Assembly: GCA_030390025.1 (NCBI GenBank)
Contig: CM059444.1
Coordinates: 58,900,001-58,964,000 of the forward strand
Direction of reading: 5' to 3'
DNA from: Squalus acanthias
Lineage: Eukaryota
DNA length: 64,000 nt
This document shows positions 50,735 through 63,299 of this stretch, piece by piece. A program made the translations under genes and the position numbers. The notes under the pieces are model-generated. The model searched no databases, was not told where the DNA came from, and saw only the letters and a program-made list of their open reading frames with translations. Within the stretch, counting starts at the first letter, position 1, and every line of letters begins with the position of its first letter.

Positions 50735-52191
50735 CCAATTTGCCGGAGGACTGCTAATGTGGTACCCTTGTTTAAAAAGGGAGAAAAGGATAGACCGAGT
50801 AATTACAGGCCAGTCAGCCTAACCTCGGTGGTGGGAAAATAATTGGAAAGAATTCTGAAGGACAGGATAAATCTTCATTTAGAAAGACACAGATTAATCA
50901 AGGATAGTCAGCACGGATTTGTTAAGGGAAGGTCGTGTCTGACAAACTTGATTGAATTTTTTGAGGAAGTAACAAGGAGGGTAGATAAGGGTAGTGCGTT
51001 TGATGTAGTGTATATGGACTTTAGCAAGGTTTTTGATAAGGTTCCACATGGCAGACTGGTCACGAAGTTAAAAGCCCATGGGATCCAGGGCAAAGTATCA
51101 AGTTGGATTCAAAACTGGCTCGGAGACAGGAAGCAGAGAGTAATGGTTGATGGGTGTTTTTGTGACTGGAAGGCTGTTTCCAGTGGGGTTCCGCAGGGCT
51201 CAGTACTAGGTCCCTTGCTTTTTGTGGTATATATCAATGATCTAGACTTGAATATAGGGGGTATGATTAAGAAGTTTGCAGATGATACTAAAATCGGCTG
51301 TGTGGTTGATACTAAAGAAGGAAGCTGAAGACTGCAGGAAGATATCAATAAATTGGTCAGGTGGGCAGAACAGTGGCAAATGGAATTCAATCCGGAGAAG
51401 TGTGAGGTAATGCATTTGGGGAGGGCTAACAAGGGAATACACATTAAATGGTAGGACACAGTAGTGTAGAGGAACAAAGGGATCTTGGAGTGCATGTCCA
51501 CAGATCCCTGAAGGTAGCAGGCCAAGTAGATAAGGTGGTTAAGAAGGCATACGGAATACTTGCCTTTATTAGCCGTGGCATAGAATACAAGAGCAGGGGG
51601 GTTATGCTTCAACTGTATAAAACACTAGTTAGGCCTCAGCTAGAGTACTGCGTGCAGTTCTGGTCACCACATTACAGGAAAGATGTGATTGCACTAGAGA
51701 GGGTACAGAGGAGATTAACAAGGATGTTACCGGGAGTAGAGAATCTTAGCTATGAGGAAAGACTGGATAGGCTGGGTTTGTTTTCCTTGGAACAGAGGAG
51801 GCTGAGGGGAGACCTTATTGTGGTGTATAAAATTATGAGGGGCATAGATAAAGTGGATAGAAAGGACCTATTTCCCTTAGCAGAGGAGTCAAAAACCAGG
51901 GGGCACAGATTTAAAGTAATTGGTGGAAGGTTTAGAGGGGATTTATGGGGAAATTTCCTCACCCAGAGGCTTGTGGGGGTCTGGAACTTACTGTCTGAAA
52001 GGGTGGTAGAGGCAGAAACCCTAACCACATTTAAAAAGTACTTGGATGTGCACTTGGGATGCTCTAACCTGCAGGGCTACGGACCAAGAGCTGGGAAGTG
52101 GAATTAGGCTGGATAGCTCTTTGTTGGCCGGCGCAGACACGATGGGCCGAAATGGCCTCCTTCCGTGCTGTAACTTTCTATGATTCTATGA
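50735..52191 (+). mobile_element. CR1-type LINE, 5'-truncated, well preserved RT
   Basis: QHGFVKGRSCLTNLIEFF...YMDFSKVFDKVPH...GVPQGSVLGPLLFVVYINDL...KFADDTK; C-terminus and (ATTCTATG) tail. Confidence 0.93.
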
Positions 52192-52293
52192 ATTTACTGG
52201 AAAAGTATGTTTTTTTTTAATGAAGTTTCTTCTGTTGATAAGTCCAGGCAATGATACCAAAGTTGAATGAGGAGAAATTATGAAATAATTCAA

Positions 52294-52706
52294 TGAAAGA
52301 AAGACTTGCATTTCTATAGCACCTTTCACGACCACCAGACGTCCCAAGGCGCTTTACAGCCAATGAAGTAGTTTTTGAAGTGTGAATGTAGGAAACGCGG
52401 CAGCTAATTTGCACACAGCAAGCTCCCACTAACAGCAATGTGATAAAGACCAGAAAATCTGTTTAGTAATGTTGATTGAGGGATAAATATTGGCAAGGAT
52501 ACTGGGGAGAACTCCTCTGCTCTTTTACATCCACTTAAGAGAGCAGATGGGGGCCTCGGTTTAACATCTCAGCTGCAAGACGGCACCTCCGACAGTACTG
52601 CGTTCCCTCAGCACTGCACTGTGTGTCAGCCTAGATTTTTGTGCTCTGGAGTGGGACTTGAACCCACAACCTTCTGACTCAGAGGCGAGAGTGCTACCAA
52701 CTGAGC
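52294..52706 (-). mobile_element. Deu-domain SINE
   Basis: Reverse orientation copy with head, core and tail. Confidence 0.85.
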
Positions 52707-52764
52707 TCTAAGTAGATAACTTCGAGCTTGGGTTTAAAATGCCCACAGATTACAGGAGGAAGGG

Positions 52765-53007
52765 AACATAGGAACAGGAGCAGGCCATTGAGCCCCTCGA
52801 GCCTGTTCTGCCATTCAGTGAGATCATGGCTGATCTGTGACCTAGTTCCATATACCCACCTTTGGCCCATATCCCTTAATACATTTGGTTAATGAAAACC
52901 TATCAATTTCAGATTTAAAATGAACAATTAAGCTAACATCAACTGCCATTTGCAGAAGAGAGCTCTAAACTTCTACCATCCTTTGCATGCAGAAGCGTTT
53001 CCTAACT
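52765..53007 (-). mobile_element. CR1-type LINE 3' end
   Basis: (TTCCTATG) tail; inverted relative to 53575-53826. Confidence 0.8.
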
Positions 53008-53510
53008 TTTTTATTCCTTCATCGGATGTGGGCGTCGCTGGCAAGGCCAGCATTTATTGTCCATCCCCAATTGCCCTCCAGAAGGTGGTAGTGAGCCACC
53101 TTCTTGAACCGCTGCAGTTCGTGTGGTGAAGGTACTCTCTCAGTGCTGAAAGGGAGGGAGCTCCAGGATTTTGACTCAGCGACTATGAAGGAACGACAAT
53201 ATATTTCCAAGTCAGGATGGTGTGTGACTTGGAGGGGATCTTGGAGGTGGTGGTGTTCCCATGCACCTGCTGCCCTTGTCCTTCCAGGTGGAAGAGGTTG
53301 CGGGTTTGGGAGGTGCTGCTGAAGAAGCCTTGGCAAATTGCTGCAGTGCATCTTGTAGATGGTACACACTGCAGCCACGGTGCGCCAGTGGTGGGGGGAG
53401 CGAATGTTTAAGTTGGTGGATGGGGTGCCAATCAAGCGGGCTGCTTTGTCCTGGAAGGAGTGGAGCTTCTCGAGTGTTGTTGGAACTGCACTCATTCAAA
53501 CAAGTGGAGA
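53008..53510 (-). mobile_element. Jockey-group LINE 3' fragment
   Basis: MSAVPTTLEKLHSFQDKAARLIGTPST...RTVAAVCTIYKMHCSN. Confidence 0.85.
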
Positions 53511-53826
53511 GTATTGGGGATTCTAGGACTAGGGGGCATAGTCTAACAATTAGAGCCAGACCGTTCAGGAGTGGAATTAGGAAACACCTCCACACACACC
53601 TACACACACACATAGAAGTTTGGAACTCTCTTCCGCAAACGGCAATTGATGCAAGATCAATTGTTAATTTTAAATCGGAGATTGACAGCTTTCTGTTAAC
53701 CAAAGGTATGAAGGGATATGGGCCAAAGGCAGGTATATGGAGTTAGGCCACAGATCAGCCATGATCTCATCGAATGGCAGAGCAGGCTTGAAGGGCTGAA
53801 TGGCCTACTTCTGTTCCTGTGTTCCA
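53511..53826 (+). mobile_element. CR1-type LINE 3' end
   Basis: GDSRTRGHSLTIRARPFR...VWNSLPQ...KGYGPKAGIWS. Confidence 0.82.
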
Positions 53827-55637
53827 CATACACAGGCCATTCGGTCCAAATGGTCTATGCCGGTGTTTATGCTCCACACGAGCCTCCTCCCACCCTTCTT
53901 CATCTAACCCCATCAACATATCCTTCTATTCCTTTCTCCCTCGTGTTTATCCAGCTTCCCCTTAAATGCATCTATGCTATTCGCCTCAACTGCTCCTTGT
54001 GGTAGCAAGTTCCATTGAAGTATATTCAATGTTGTGTAAACAGCAAGGTCCCGTAAACAGCAAATGAATGACCAGACAATCTGTTGCACTGGTTGAGGGA
54101 TAAATGTTGGCCAAGGGAGAACTCACCTGCTCTTCAAGTAGTGCCATGGGATCATTTATGTCCATTTGAGCAGGCAGTCAGCTTAACATCTCATCCAAAA
54201 GATGGCACCTCTGACAATGCAGTACTCCACTGAAGTGTCACCTAGATTATGTGCCGAAGTCCTAGAGTCGGGCTTGAACCCATGACCTTCTAACTCGCAG
54301 GCTATTACTGCCAAGCTGACACTTATACAACCTTCACTAAATTCACTGCTGTCTTTTGGTAACTCACTGGCAGCTCCTTCCTTTAATTTCCTCCCTTTCT
54401 CTCAGAAGGCAATGAGTCACACTGGGCGACAGCTCTACAGGCTGCCATCCGGTACCTCATTCACACAGCCACTCTTTATAGGCAAGCCTAGACAACTGTC
54501 GCTGGGCTATTTAATCACAGATAGCATCGCAGCTAAATTTAACCCTGTGCCCACCTCATGTCCACAGCACACACTTTCTAGCAGGCTACACTGGATAGCG
54601 ACTGGGAGCAGGAAGCCTGGCTGATGTTCCTGTGGTATGCCCCGAGGATAAGCACAGCTGTTCCTGCTGAGGTGAGCTATCTCAATAACTGGGGATCTGG
54701 GGCTTTCTGGTCTGTATATTCTAGTGTCACACCACGTGGTGCTTTTATCCAGAGCCAGAGTCAGTAGCCTCCTCCGCCCTCCCCAGTTTGGGAACCTCTG
54801 CACTAAGCTATCAAGGGAGCGAAGGTCAAAGTTATAAAATCCACCAGTCTGAGGTATGCATGCTGCTATTTTTGAGTGGCTGAGCCTTCATGTTGTTTTG
54901 CTGTGATATTTGATAAAACCACTGATATTTTGCATTGCATCTATTGCTCTCTCAATTGACTTCAATCAGATTGTCAGACATGACAATGTTACTGCAATTA
55001 GCAAACCAGAAACAATTAGCTTTTTATTTGAACAATGGATTTTCTTACCACAGAAATGCGATACTGTCTACTACTTGATCTATAAACCGCAGTACTCCAG
55101 CTTTTCTTCGGTATGGGGTTTTATACTTTGCCTCACAACATGCATCAATTATTGCAGACAGAGTGGGCCTTCTGCCAAAGCATCTCTTAATCAAGCCCTG
55201 AGGAATTGCACCAAGAGCAGCACAGTCCATCTCTGACAATTTCCCACCCGTGGAGAAACACTTTGTCCCCTCTCCCCCAACCCCCCTTGATGCATGGCCA
55301 GGGTGGGCGGGGGGAAGTGAAGATGAAATCTCACCTCAGGATTATACCTAGGTCTGAGGTAAATCATTATAATCTGGAGTTGGATGTAGCAGAGGCTCTA
55401 AACTAAAAAGCAACAGAAACTTCAATATATTTCACCACACCAATCACCTGGCTCAACAAATAAAAATGTCTGAAGCGAGGACGGCTTCCTTTTTCAAACT
55501 ATGCAACGTCTTAAGTGAGAACAGTGGTGCTCAATACGACTGAGGGTTGAGTAGGAGGACGAGGGAGTCACTTTGGCCCTCGTCAGATTTGCTGCTCTAT
55601 GCGCCTCGATTCACTGCCTGTCTGGCTGAGGGATACT

Positions 55638-56730
55638 AGAATCATAGAATGATACAGCACAGAAGGAGGCCATTCGGCCCATCGTGCCTTTGCCGACTCT
55701 TTGGCAGAGCCATCACACTCCCCCGCTCTTTTCCCCATAGCCTTGTAAATTTTTTCACCTTCAAGTATATATCCAATTCTCTTTTGAAAGTTACTACTGA
55801 ATCTGCTTCCACCACCCTTTCATTCCACTGCATTCCCAATCACAACTCGCAGAGTAAAAAATGTTTCTTAATGTCACCTCTGGTTCTTTTGCCGATTAAA
55901 TCGGAGTCCTCTGGTTACTGACCCTTGCGCCACTGGAAACAGTTTCTCCTTATTTACTCTATCAAAACCCTTCATGATTTTCAACACCTCTATCAAATTT
56001 CCTCTTAACCTTCTCTCCTCTGAGGAGAGCAACCCCAGCTTCTCCCATCTCTCCACGTAACTGAAGTCCCTCATACCTGGTAACATTCTAGTAAATCTCT
56101 TCTGCTCCCTCTCCAAGGTCTTGACATCCTTCCTAAGTGTGGTGCCCAGAACTGACCACCATATTCCAGCTGAGGCCTAACCAGTGTTTCATGAAGGTTT
56201 AGCATAACTTCCTTGCTTCTGTACTCTATGCCTCTATTTATAAAGCCAAAGATCCCATATGCTTTTTTAACATCCTTCTCAACTTGTCCTGCCACCTTCA
56301 AAGTTTTGTGTACATACACCCCCAGGTCTCTCTGTTCCTGCACCCCCTTTAAAACTGTACCATTTAATTCATATTGCCTCTCATTCTTCCTACCACAATG
56401 GATCACTTCACACTTGCAACTGTTAAATTTCATCTACCATGTGTCTGTTACTATCCTCCTCATTGTTCACTACATTTCCGAGTTTCATGTCATCTGCAAA
56501 CTTTGAAATTATGCCTTGTATACCCAAGTCCAAGTCATTAATATATATCAAAAAGAGCAGCGATCCTAACACCAACCCCTGGGGAACACTACTGTATAGT
56601 TTGCTCCAGTCTGAAAAACAAACGTTCACCACGACTCTCTACCCTCCTCAACCCTCACCGTCACTTCAAAGAACTTGAGCAAGTTGGTCAAAACAGAATT
56701 TGCCTTTAACAAATCTATGCTGACTTTCAT
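55638..56730 (-). mobile_element. CR1-type LINE 3' part, degraded
   Basis: VPQGLVLGSLLFLIYINDL...KFADD; KTLVRPQLEY; 3' UTR. Confidence 0.88.
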
Positions 56731-56919
56731 GTTGACAAAGCTCCCTCTCCTCCCTCTTGCTCTTAGTGTGAAAAGGCCAGGGAAGCAGTTGTTAGGAAGC
56801 AGAGCCAACCCAAACAGCCACAGAGCGGGTAAAAGGACTACTCGAATTACAGGACCTGCAAGTGGATCACCTAAATTACGGGATTCTTGTGGAGAATGAT
56901 AGACACAAAACCAGCCACA

Positions 56920-57545
56920 TAAATACTGTGGCAACAAGAGCAGGTCAGAGGCTAGGTATTCTGCGGCGAGTGTCTCACCTCCTGACTCCCCAAAGCCTTT
57001 CCATCATCTACAAGGCATAAGTCAGGAGCGTGATCGAATACTCTCCACTTGCCTGGATGAGTGCAGCTCCAACAACACTCAAGAAGCTCGATACCATCCA
57101 GGACAAAGCAGCCCGCTTGATTGGCACCCCATCTACCACCTTAAACACTCACTCACTCCACCACCGGCGTACCGTGGCTGCAGTGTGTACTATCTACAAG
57201 ATGCACTGCAGCAACTCGCCAAGGCTTCTTCGGCAGCACCTCCCAAACCCGTGACCTCTTCTACCTAGAAGGACAAGGGCAGCAGGCGCATGGGAACACC
57301 ACCACCTCCAAGTTCCCCTCCAAGTCACACACCATCCTGACTTAGAAGTATATCGTCGATCCTTCATCGTCGCTGGGTCAAAATCCTGGAACTCCCTACC
57401 TAACAGCACTGTGGGAGTACCTTCGCCACACGGACTGCAGCGGTTCAAGGCGGCGGCTCACCACCACCTTCTCAAGGGCAACTAGGGATGGGCAATAAAT
57501 GCTGGCATTGCCAGCGACGCCCAGATCCCTAAGTGAATAAAAAAC
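56920..57545 (+). mobile_element. Jockey-group LINE 3' fragment
   Basis: IEYSPLAWMSAAPTTLKKLDTIQDKAARLIG; very similar to 12135-12750 in inverted orientation; A-rich tail. Confidence 0.88.
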
Positions 57546-58836
57546 TGTCTCACCAATCTGTGGAGCATTCATGACCATGAACCATAAAGCAAGGCACTTC
57601 TAGGGAGCTCCACCCTCAACAAATAACGAGAGATTATATTGACCAAAATTAGGACGAAGATAGTATAGTTAGTATTTTCATTGACTATCGAGGATAAAAA
57701 GAATTTTCACAACTGGATTTCGAAATACATTGGATCACTTAAAAGAATATTATTTAAGACTAAAGCATCACTGGTCAGTAGTTCAGAACTTCCGTAATAA
57801 ATATTGGAAATTGAAACAAGACAAGTAATGCCGCAATCAAGCCCTAATTTATTATGTGAATATTTCTTGTGGTCTTGAGAATTGAGAGAAGGGTTAAAGT
57901 TGCATGCACTTACTCCACACGGGTCCAATTCGGGCAATAAATGCGGGAAATACAATTTTTGTACATAACATTTCAGAACTGGTAAATTGAAAAATAATTC
58001 CTCTGACTACTAGAGCATTGTAGTAAGCAGAGCATGCAAAATGGAGGCAGTTCAGTCACATTTCTGTGCCACATATTAACTCCCCACATCATGGGATGGT
58101 AGATTCCAGTTTAGACTTGTTCTCCATTACACAGAAGTCCCTTGTCTCAACGATGCTAACTGGGAAAGACATGGAGCTGTGGTTTAGCACTTCCCCAGAA
58201 TGGGGAAAAAAAGAAAAATAAGAGGACATTCACCCAGGCCTCAGGAAAATATCAAATTGGATAAAATGAAATCAGACAAAGAATAACCATACATACTCGT
58301 TTTAATTAGGGTATCACACGTCATAAAGATACTCCACAATAAACAACAGAGTCTCAATGGATTAAGATTATATCCCACCATTAGCAAGGAGGAATCGGCC
58401 TATGCCGCCAGTTTCAAGAGCATTGTGCAGCATTTATTTAAATGTGAACTTGAAGAGGAAAAAGAGGGGAGTGTTGAAGGACTATCTGAATGAATCTTTT
58501 GTGTCAAAGAAAGGAAGCTGCTTGGTGTAACTACAACGATAAGGCCACTGGTTTTCTATTTTAGGCAAAAATGAAACGGAAATTGCAGAATGCAATCCCC
58601 TAAACACTGGTAGAAAACCCAGAGACATATTCATTGACTTATTCAATGACCACAGTCCTGTCATTGACCAAGTGGCATCATAACTTGGTTCTGTCAGATA
58701 TTAAGTAGTCTCCATCTAGAGGTAATAAATATCCATGTATCGTAACATAATACCAAAAAAAGGATCTGAATTAAGTTCATCCCATGCTACCCCTCAGTTT
58801 GAAGGGAGACTCAATACGACTGGGGATTGAGTGGGA

Positions 58837-59302
58837 AAGAAAGAAAGACTTGCATTTACACAGCATCTTTCACAGCCACCGAATGTCCTAAAGCGCTTTA
58901 CAGCCAATTAAGTACTTTTTGAAGTGTGGTCACTGTTGTAATGTAGGAAACACAGGCAACCAATTTGTGTACAGCAAGCTCCCACAAACAGCAATGTGAT
59001 AATGACCAGATCATCTGTTTTAGTGATGCTGATTGAGGGATAAATATTGGCCGGGACATCGGGGATAACTCGCCTGCTCTTCTTCAAAATAGTGCCATGG
59101 GATCTTTTATATCCACCTGGGAGAGCAGACGGGCCTCGATTTAACATCTCATCCGAAAGACGGCACCTCTGACAGTGCAGCCCTCCCCCTGCACTGGAGT
59201 GTCAGCCTAGATTTTTATGCTCAAGTCTCTGGAGTGGGACTTGAACCCACAACCTTCTGACTCAAGAGGCGAGGGTGCTAGCAACTGACCCACGGCTGAC
59301 AC
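58837..59302 (-). mobile_element. Deu-domain SINE, full length
   Basis: Head, core, (CTTT)n tail; 9-bp TSD TGAGTGGGA at 58828-58836 and 59303-59311. Confidence 0.9.
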
Positions 59303-59614
59303 TGAGTGGGAGGGAGTCGTATCCAATAGAGAAACAAGTGTGGTATCTAAGACAGCAACGGCGGTTTACAGCGACTGAATAAGTCAAATTCCGTCCTTAC
59401 TGCACGAAGCTTCAGGATTTTACTGGCCTTTGAGGGATTGTGGCCATTTTTTTTTGGGTGGAATGCAAACCAATTGCCTTGTTCTTTTTCTTCCTCCCCA
59501 CCCCACAGGATCTAGTGTTCCCTCTGATGTTTTGATGAAACATCTGATGAAAAATTAAACAGAGCTTTGGTAACACCATTGAACACAATACTGCCAGTAG
59601 AAGGGTTATACCTT

Positions 59615-59950
59615 TCAAATTCATTCTCAGGATGTGGGTGTTGCTCACAAGTCCGGCATTAATTGCCCATCCTGTAACAGAGTGAGTGGCTTGCTAGGCC
59701 ACTTCAGAGGGCAGTTAAGAGTCAATCATGTTAGTGTGGGGCATATAGGCCAGACCGGGTAAGGACGGCACGTTTCCTTCCCTAAAGGACATTAGTGAGC
59801 CAGTTGGGTTTATACGGTTTTCAGTCACTTTTACTGATAACTTTTTTTTTTATAAACTGAATTCAAATTCTCAAACTGCCATGATGGGATTTGAACCTGC
59901 ACTCTCTGTATTACTAGCCCAGTAACATAACCACTACACTACTGTACCTC
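59615..59950 (-). mobile_element. tRNA-derived SINE (same family as 18983-19360)
   Basis: Reverse complement begins GTAGTGTAGTGGTTATGTTACTGGGCTAGTAAT; same tail. Confidence 0.72.
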
Positions 59951-60197
59951 TTACCACAGCATTTGACTTTTCCGATATAATTTCTAGTTATTTCAAACAC
60001 AATCAAATACCATTATATATGGCCTGCAAATCAACTGGTTTAACCTTATTTTCCTGCTCCGAGGCACCAAAAAGTAATTCATGCCATTTCATGACACCTT
60101 CTGAATGCTTCTAAAAACACCCAAGAAACAAGATACGTGCATTTAAAAACATTCCAACTAAAAGCAAAAAGTGAGCAAGCATAAATAGACCTAGGAT

Positions 60198-60360
60198 CAA
60201 TGTTACCCATAAAGTGCGGCGCAGCCACGCGCCGATCACAAGGTCCTGCGCAGGCCACTCACCAGCTGTTCCGCTGGAAGAGATATGGCGCATACGGCTG
60301 TGCAGCCGCACAGAAAATTTATAGAGCCCGCGCAGGGAAAAAAAATTACAGGGAACATTG
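60198..60360. mobile_element. hAT-type MITE (CAATGTTCCC family)
   Basis: TIRs CAATGTTACC / GGGAACATTG; TSD CCTAGGAT / CCCAGGAT (7 of 8); inverted relative to 3684-3821. Confidence 0.82.
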
Positions 60361-61234
60361 CCCAGGATATGATTTTTAAAAATTGTAGATTGAGGATGCC
60401 ATAAAATGCAACACACAAGTAACCCCTTTAAAGCGTTTTTTGACCACAAGCCCTGAGGGTATGACTTATTCCCCAACACCTATTTACCATGATTTACCTC
60501 TAGTAGCTCTGATAGTCTGCTTGGTGTCTAACATGCTCAGTTATACTAGATGTGTAACCTGGATAGTCCGGCTCCACACACGTTGCACTGCCATACAGAG
60601 GTACTTGCGGCACTGTCTGCGCACCCTGTTAGGTGAGAGCCAGCAATTGTAACCTTCAAAAGGGAAGCGGATTTTTACTTAAAAGAGGAAAGATTTAACC
60701 GGGCTACGGGGATAGATATGGGGGAGTGGGTCTAACTGGATAGCTATTTCAAAGAGCCGGCACAGGCACGACGGGTCGAATGGCTTCATTCTGCGCTGTA
60801 TCCATTGCAAGATTACCACTTAAGAGCCATGGGGAGGGCACAAAGAGAAAAATAACAGCCAGCTCTCCCATTGCTGATTGCCATCCAGAAATACCGATTG
60901 CGAAGTGTGCGAAGTGTGCGCATCGCATGAGGGCAGAAATCAACTTGAACAAATAGCCCGCCAACACCAACTTAGTTCATACGTGAATAAGTGCCAGTGG
61001 GCTGCTGCCACCCAAGGAACTATACCACAGCAAGAGTTAGAGAAGGGAAGAAAATTTACAAAGGGTGGAAACTAGACAGGAAATAATTCTGCTCAAATTC
61101 AAATTAAAATGAGCACAACTCATTACAGGAGCTTAAGTTCTTCTCATTTTTGAAAGTAGGCCCCTGACATTTGGAAATGGTCAAACTTGCATCATTTGTC
61201 AGAAATATGCACTTAACTTCTTCCAAAGCCTTAC

Positions 61235-61468
61235 CTTTAGAGCATCTGCCATGGTGTCAACTTGTTCGTTTAGTACATTCTCTGACTCCTTATACGACAG
61301 GCACGTGAACTGATATTCCTCTGGATCGAAGGCGTCTGCACCTTGCTGCTCCACGTCGCTCGCTACCCCTTCGTAATAGTCACTCATATCAACCTGATCT
61401 TCCTCCTCAGAGTCTCCATTATAGTCGTCATTACTATCGGAACTCTGGCTATTCATATCCACCGACAT
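61235..61468 (-). CDS. ARIH2: ARIH2 first coding exon (acidic N-terminus, start of UBA-like region), 78 codons
   Basis: Translates [16 protein letters not shown]...[30 protein letters not shown]...ADALK, matching the vertebrate ARIH2 N-terminus. ATG at 61468-61466 in context ACCATG; donor AAG|GTAAGG at 61234; phase 0. Confidence 0.96.
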
Positions 61469-61576
61469 GGTCACAGCTGTGTGAATTCACCACAAACCTT
61501 ACCAAACCCAAAATCAAAATGCAGTATTTACAACGAGTCAGCGGTCACTTCCACTCTTCATCTGTCTTTTGGATGA
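61469..61576 (-). other. ARIH2: Probable 5' UTR part of the ATG-containing ARIH2 exon
   Basis: Strong polypyrimidine tract and acceptor (TTTTTTTTTTCCTCCAG|TCATCC) at 61578-61577 on the minus strand, implying upstream non-coding exon(s) that I could not locate. Confidence 0.7.
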
Positions 61577-61616
61577 CTGGAGGAAAAAAAAAAAAGAAAA
61601 ACAAACAGTCAATACT

Positions 61617-61836
61617 ACTCAGAGGGTTGCGAATCTTTGGAATTCTCGACCCGAGGACTGTGGATGCTCAGTCAATGAGCATATTCATGATAGAGATCGA
61701 TGGGATTTTTGGGAACTAGGGGATCGGGCGGGAAAGTGGAGTTGATGTAGAAGTTCAGCCATGATCTTATTGAATGGTGGTGCAGGCTCGAGGGGCTGTA
61801 TGGCTTACTTCTGCTCCTAATTCTTATGTTCTTATG
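61617..61836 (+). mobile_element. CR1-type LINE 3' end
   Basis: Matches 37922-38155. Confidence 0.8.
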
Positions 61837-63299
61837 ATAAATGAATGAAAGTTACCTACAACAGTAAAACAGTACTTTGCACAGTACTCTAGCAGTGGCC
61901 TAACTAGTGTTTTATACAGTTCAAGCATAACCTCCCTGCTCTCATATTCTCTGCCTCAGCTAATAAAGGAAAGTATCCCGCATGCCTTCTTAACCACCTT
62001 ATATACCTGTCCTGCTATCTTCAGGGATCTGTGGACATGCACGCCAAGGTGTTAAGCATAAACACCGGCATAGACCTGTTGGGCCGAATGGCCTGTTTCT
62101 GTGCTGTAAATACTTCGTAATACTTTGTAATTAATTATCGTCAGCATACATGACAAAAACTCCCATCCTGATGTAGAAATGCTGCGACAATGCTCAGAGG
62201 GTTTTAATCCTGGTTTATTAGCTCTCCGATGGTTGTAGATTAACGCACTGCCTGGTGTGATAGCAAGCCACCCAGACCACAATGGTCCCAGGTTACATCC
62301 ACGGGATGTGGAGTTAGCTGATCAAGGTACAGCAGTTGGGAGTCCTACAATTGGACTGACTGCCTCTAGATTAAGGAGGTGACGGTGGGGGAAAAAATCA
62401 GCTAGAGATTCTGCTCCTGATCACTATCCAATGACGCTAGTATGAGATGGCATCAAGCAAGGATTGGGTTCCTTCAGGGTTGAATAGACTGAACACACCA
62501 TCTAAAATCACTTGGATTAAATGATTTCACAGTTTTTTTTTTAAACAAAAGTTTTTTAAAACAGTATTGGAAACTCTACAAAGGAAGGCACTTGCAAAAC
62601 TGAACACCAAAGATTAATTTAGTTATATTTAGCTGAGTGTACAAGATAGTTGTACACGAGAATTTCCGTAGAGATTAATGGTGACGGTGTAAAATTTTTG
62701 CTCAACTGCACTGGTGAGCTTTCTTCCTCAACAGGGATTTCTATAAACGTAATGCTGATAGCGTAGAACTTATATGAAGCTGAAACTTGGGAGAGAATGG
62801 AGAGAGTATCTTTACCTATGTAACACTAGTGTGAAGGACAGGTGACTAGAGGTCTGACATGCGTACTAACCATGGGAGCAATGAGTGTTGAAGAAGAGCA
62901 TCACACAAGTAGAACATGGCACAACATTAATAGGAGTTGACCTATAGCATATCAGTGCCAATATGATATTGTACCTACATTCCCAGGGCAGGCTAGAGTC
63001 ACACAACACTTTGTGTATACTAGTGTGTTGAACGTGGAATGAAAGGATGAGGACTTTTAAACTTGTGTCCTAGGCTGAGGAGTTAAAGACAAGCAAGGTG
63101 AATAAGGAGCAAGCTGACCTATCCGCTCCATTCTAATCACATGGTGTTCATTATTTTCACCTCGCACAAGCTCTCACACTGCCTCAGAGGTAAATGTGAA
63201 GGTGACGCTTTGTTTTTCATGTATGTTGAGGCTTCACATGTATGCCAAGGGCAGCAGCAGCAGTATTTGTCTACAAGCCTCTTCAAAAGCGAAAATGGT

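Noticed and set aside
51448-52107. 219-aa ORF and neighbouring RT ORFs as an active retrotransposon
   Set aside because: The copy is 5'-truncated and has stops and frameshifts near 50840 and 51328; no intact LINE is present in the window.
61199-61474. ORF-track start at GTG 61474 and read-through to 61199
   Set aside because: Homology supports the ATG at 61468, and the exon ends at the GT donor at 61234; the rest is intron.
62700-63200. Possible upstream non-coding exon or promoter of ARIH2
   Set aside because: Donor-like sites exist near 62815 and 63160, but there is no CpG island or other support; the promoter probably lies beyond the window.
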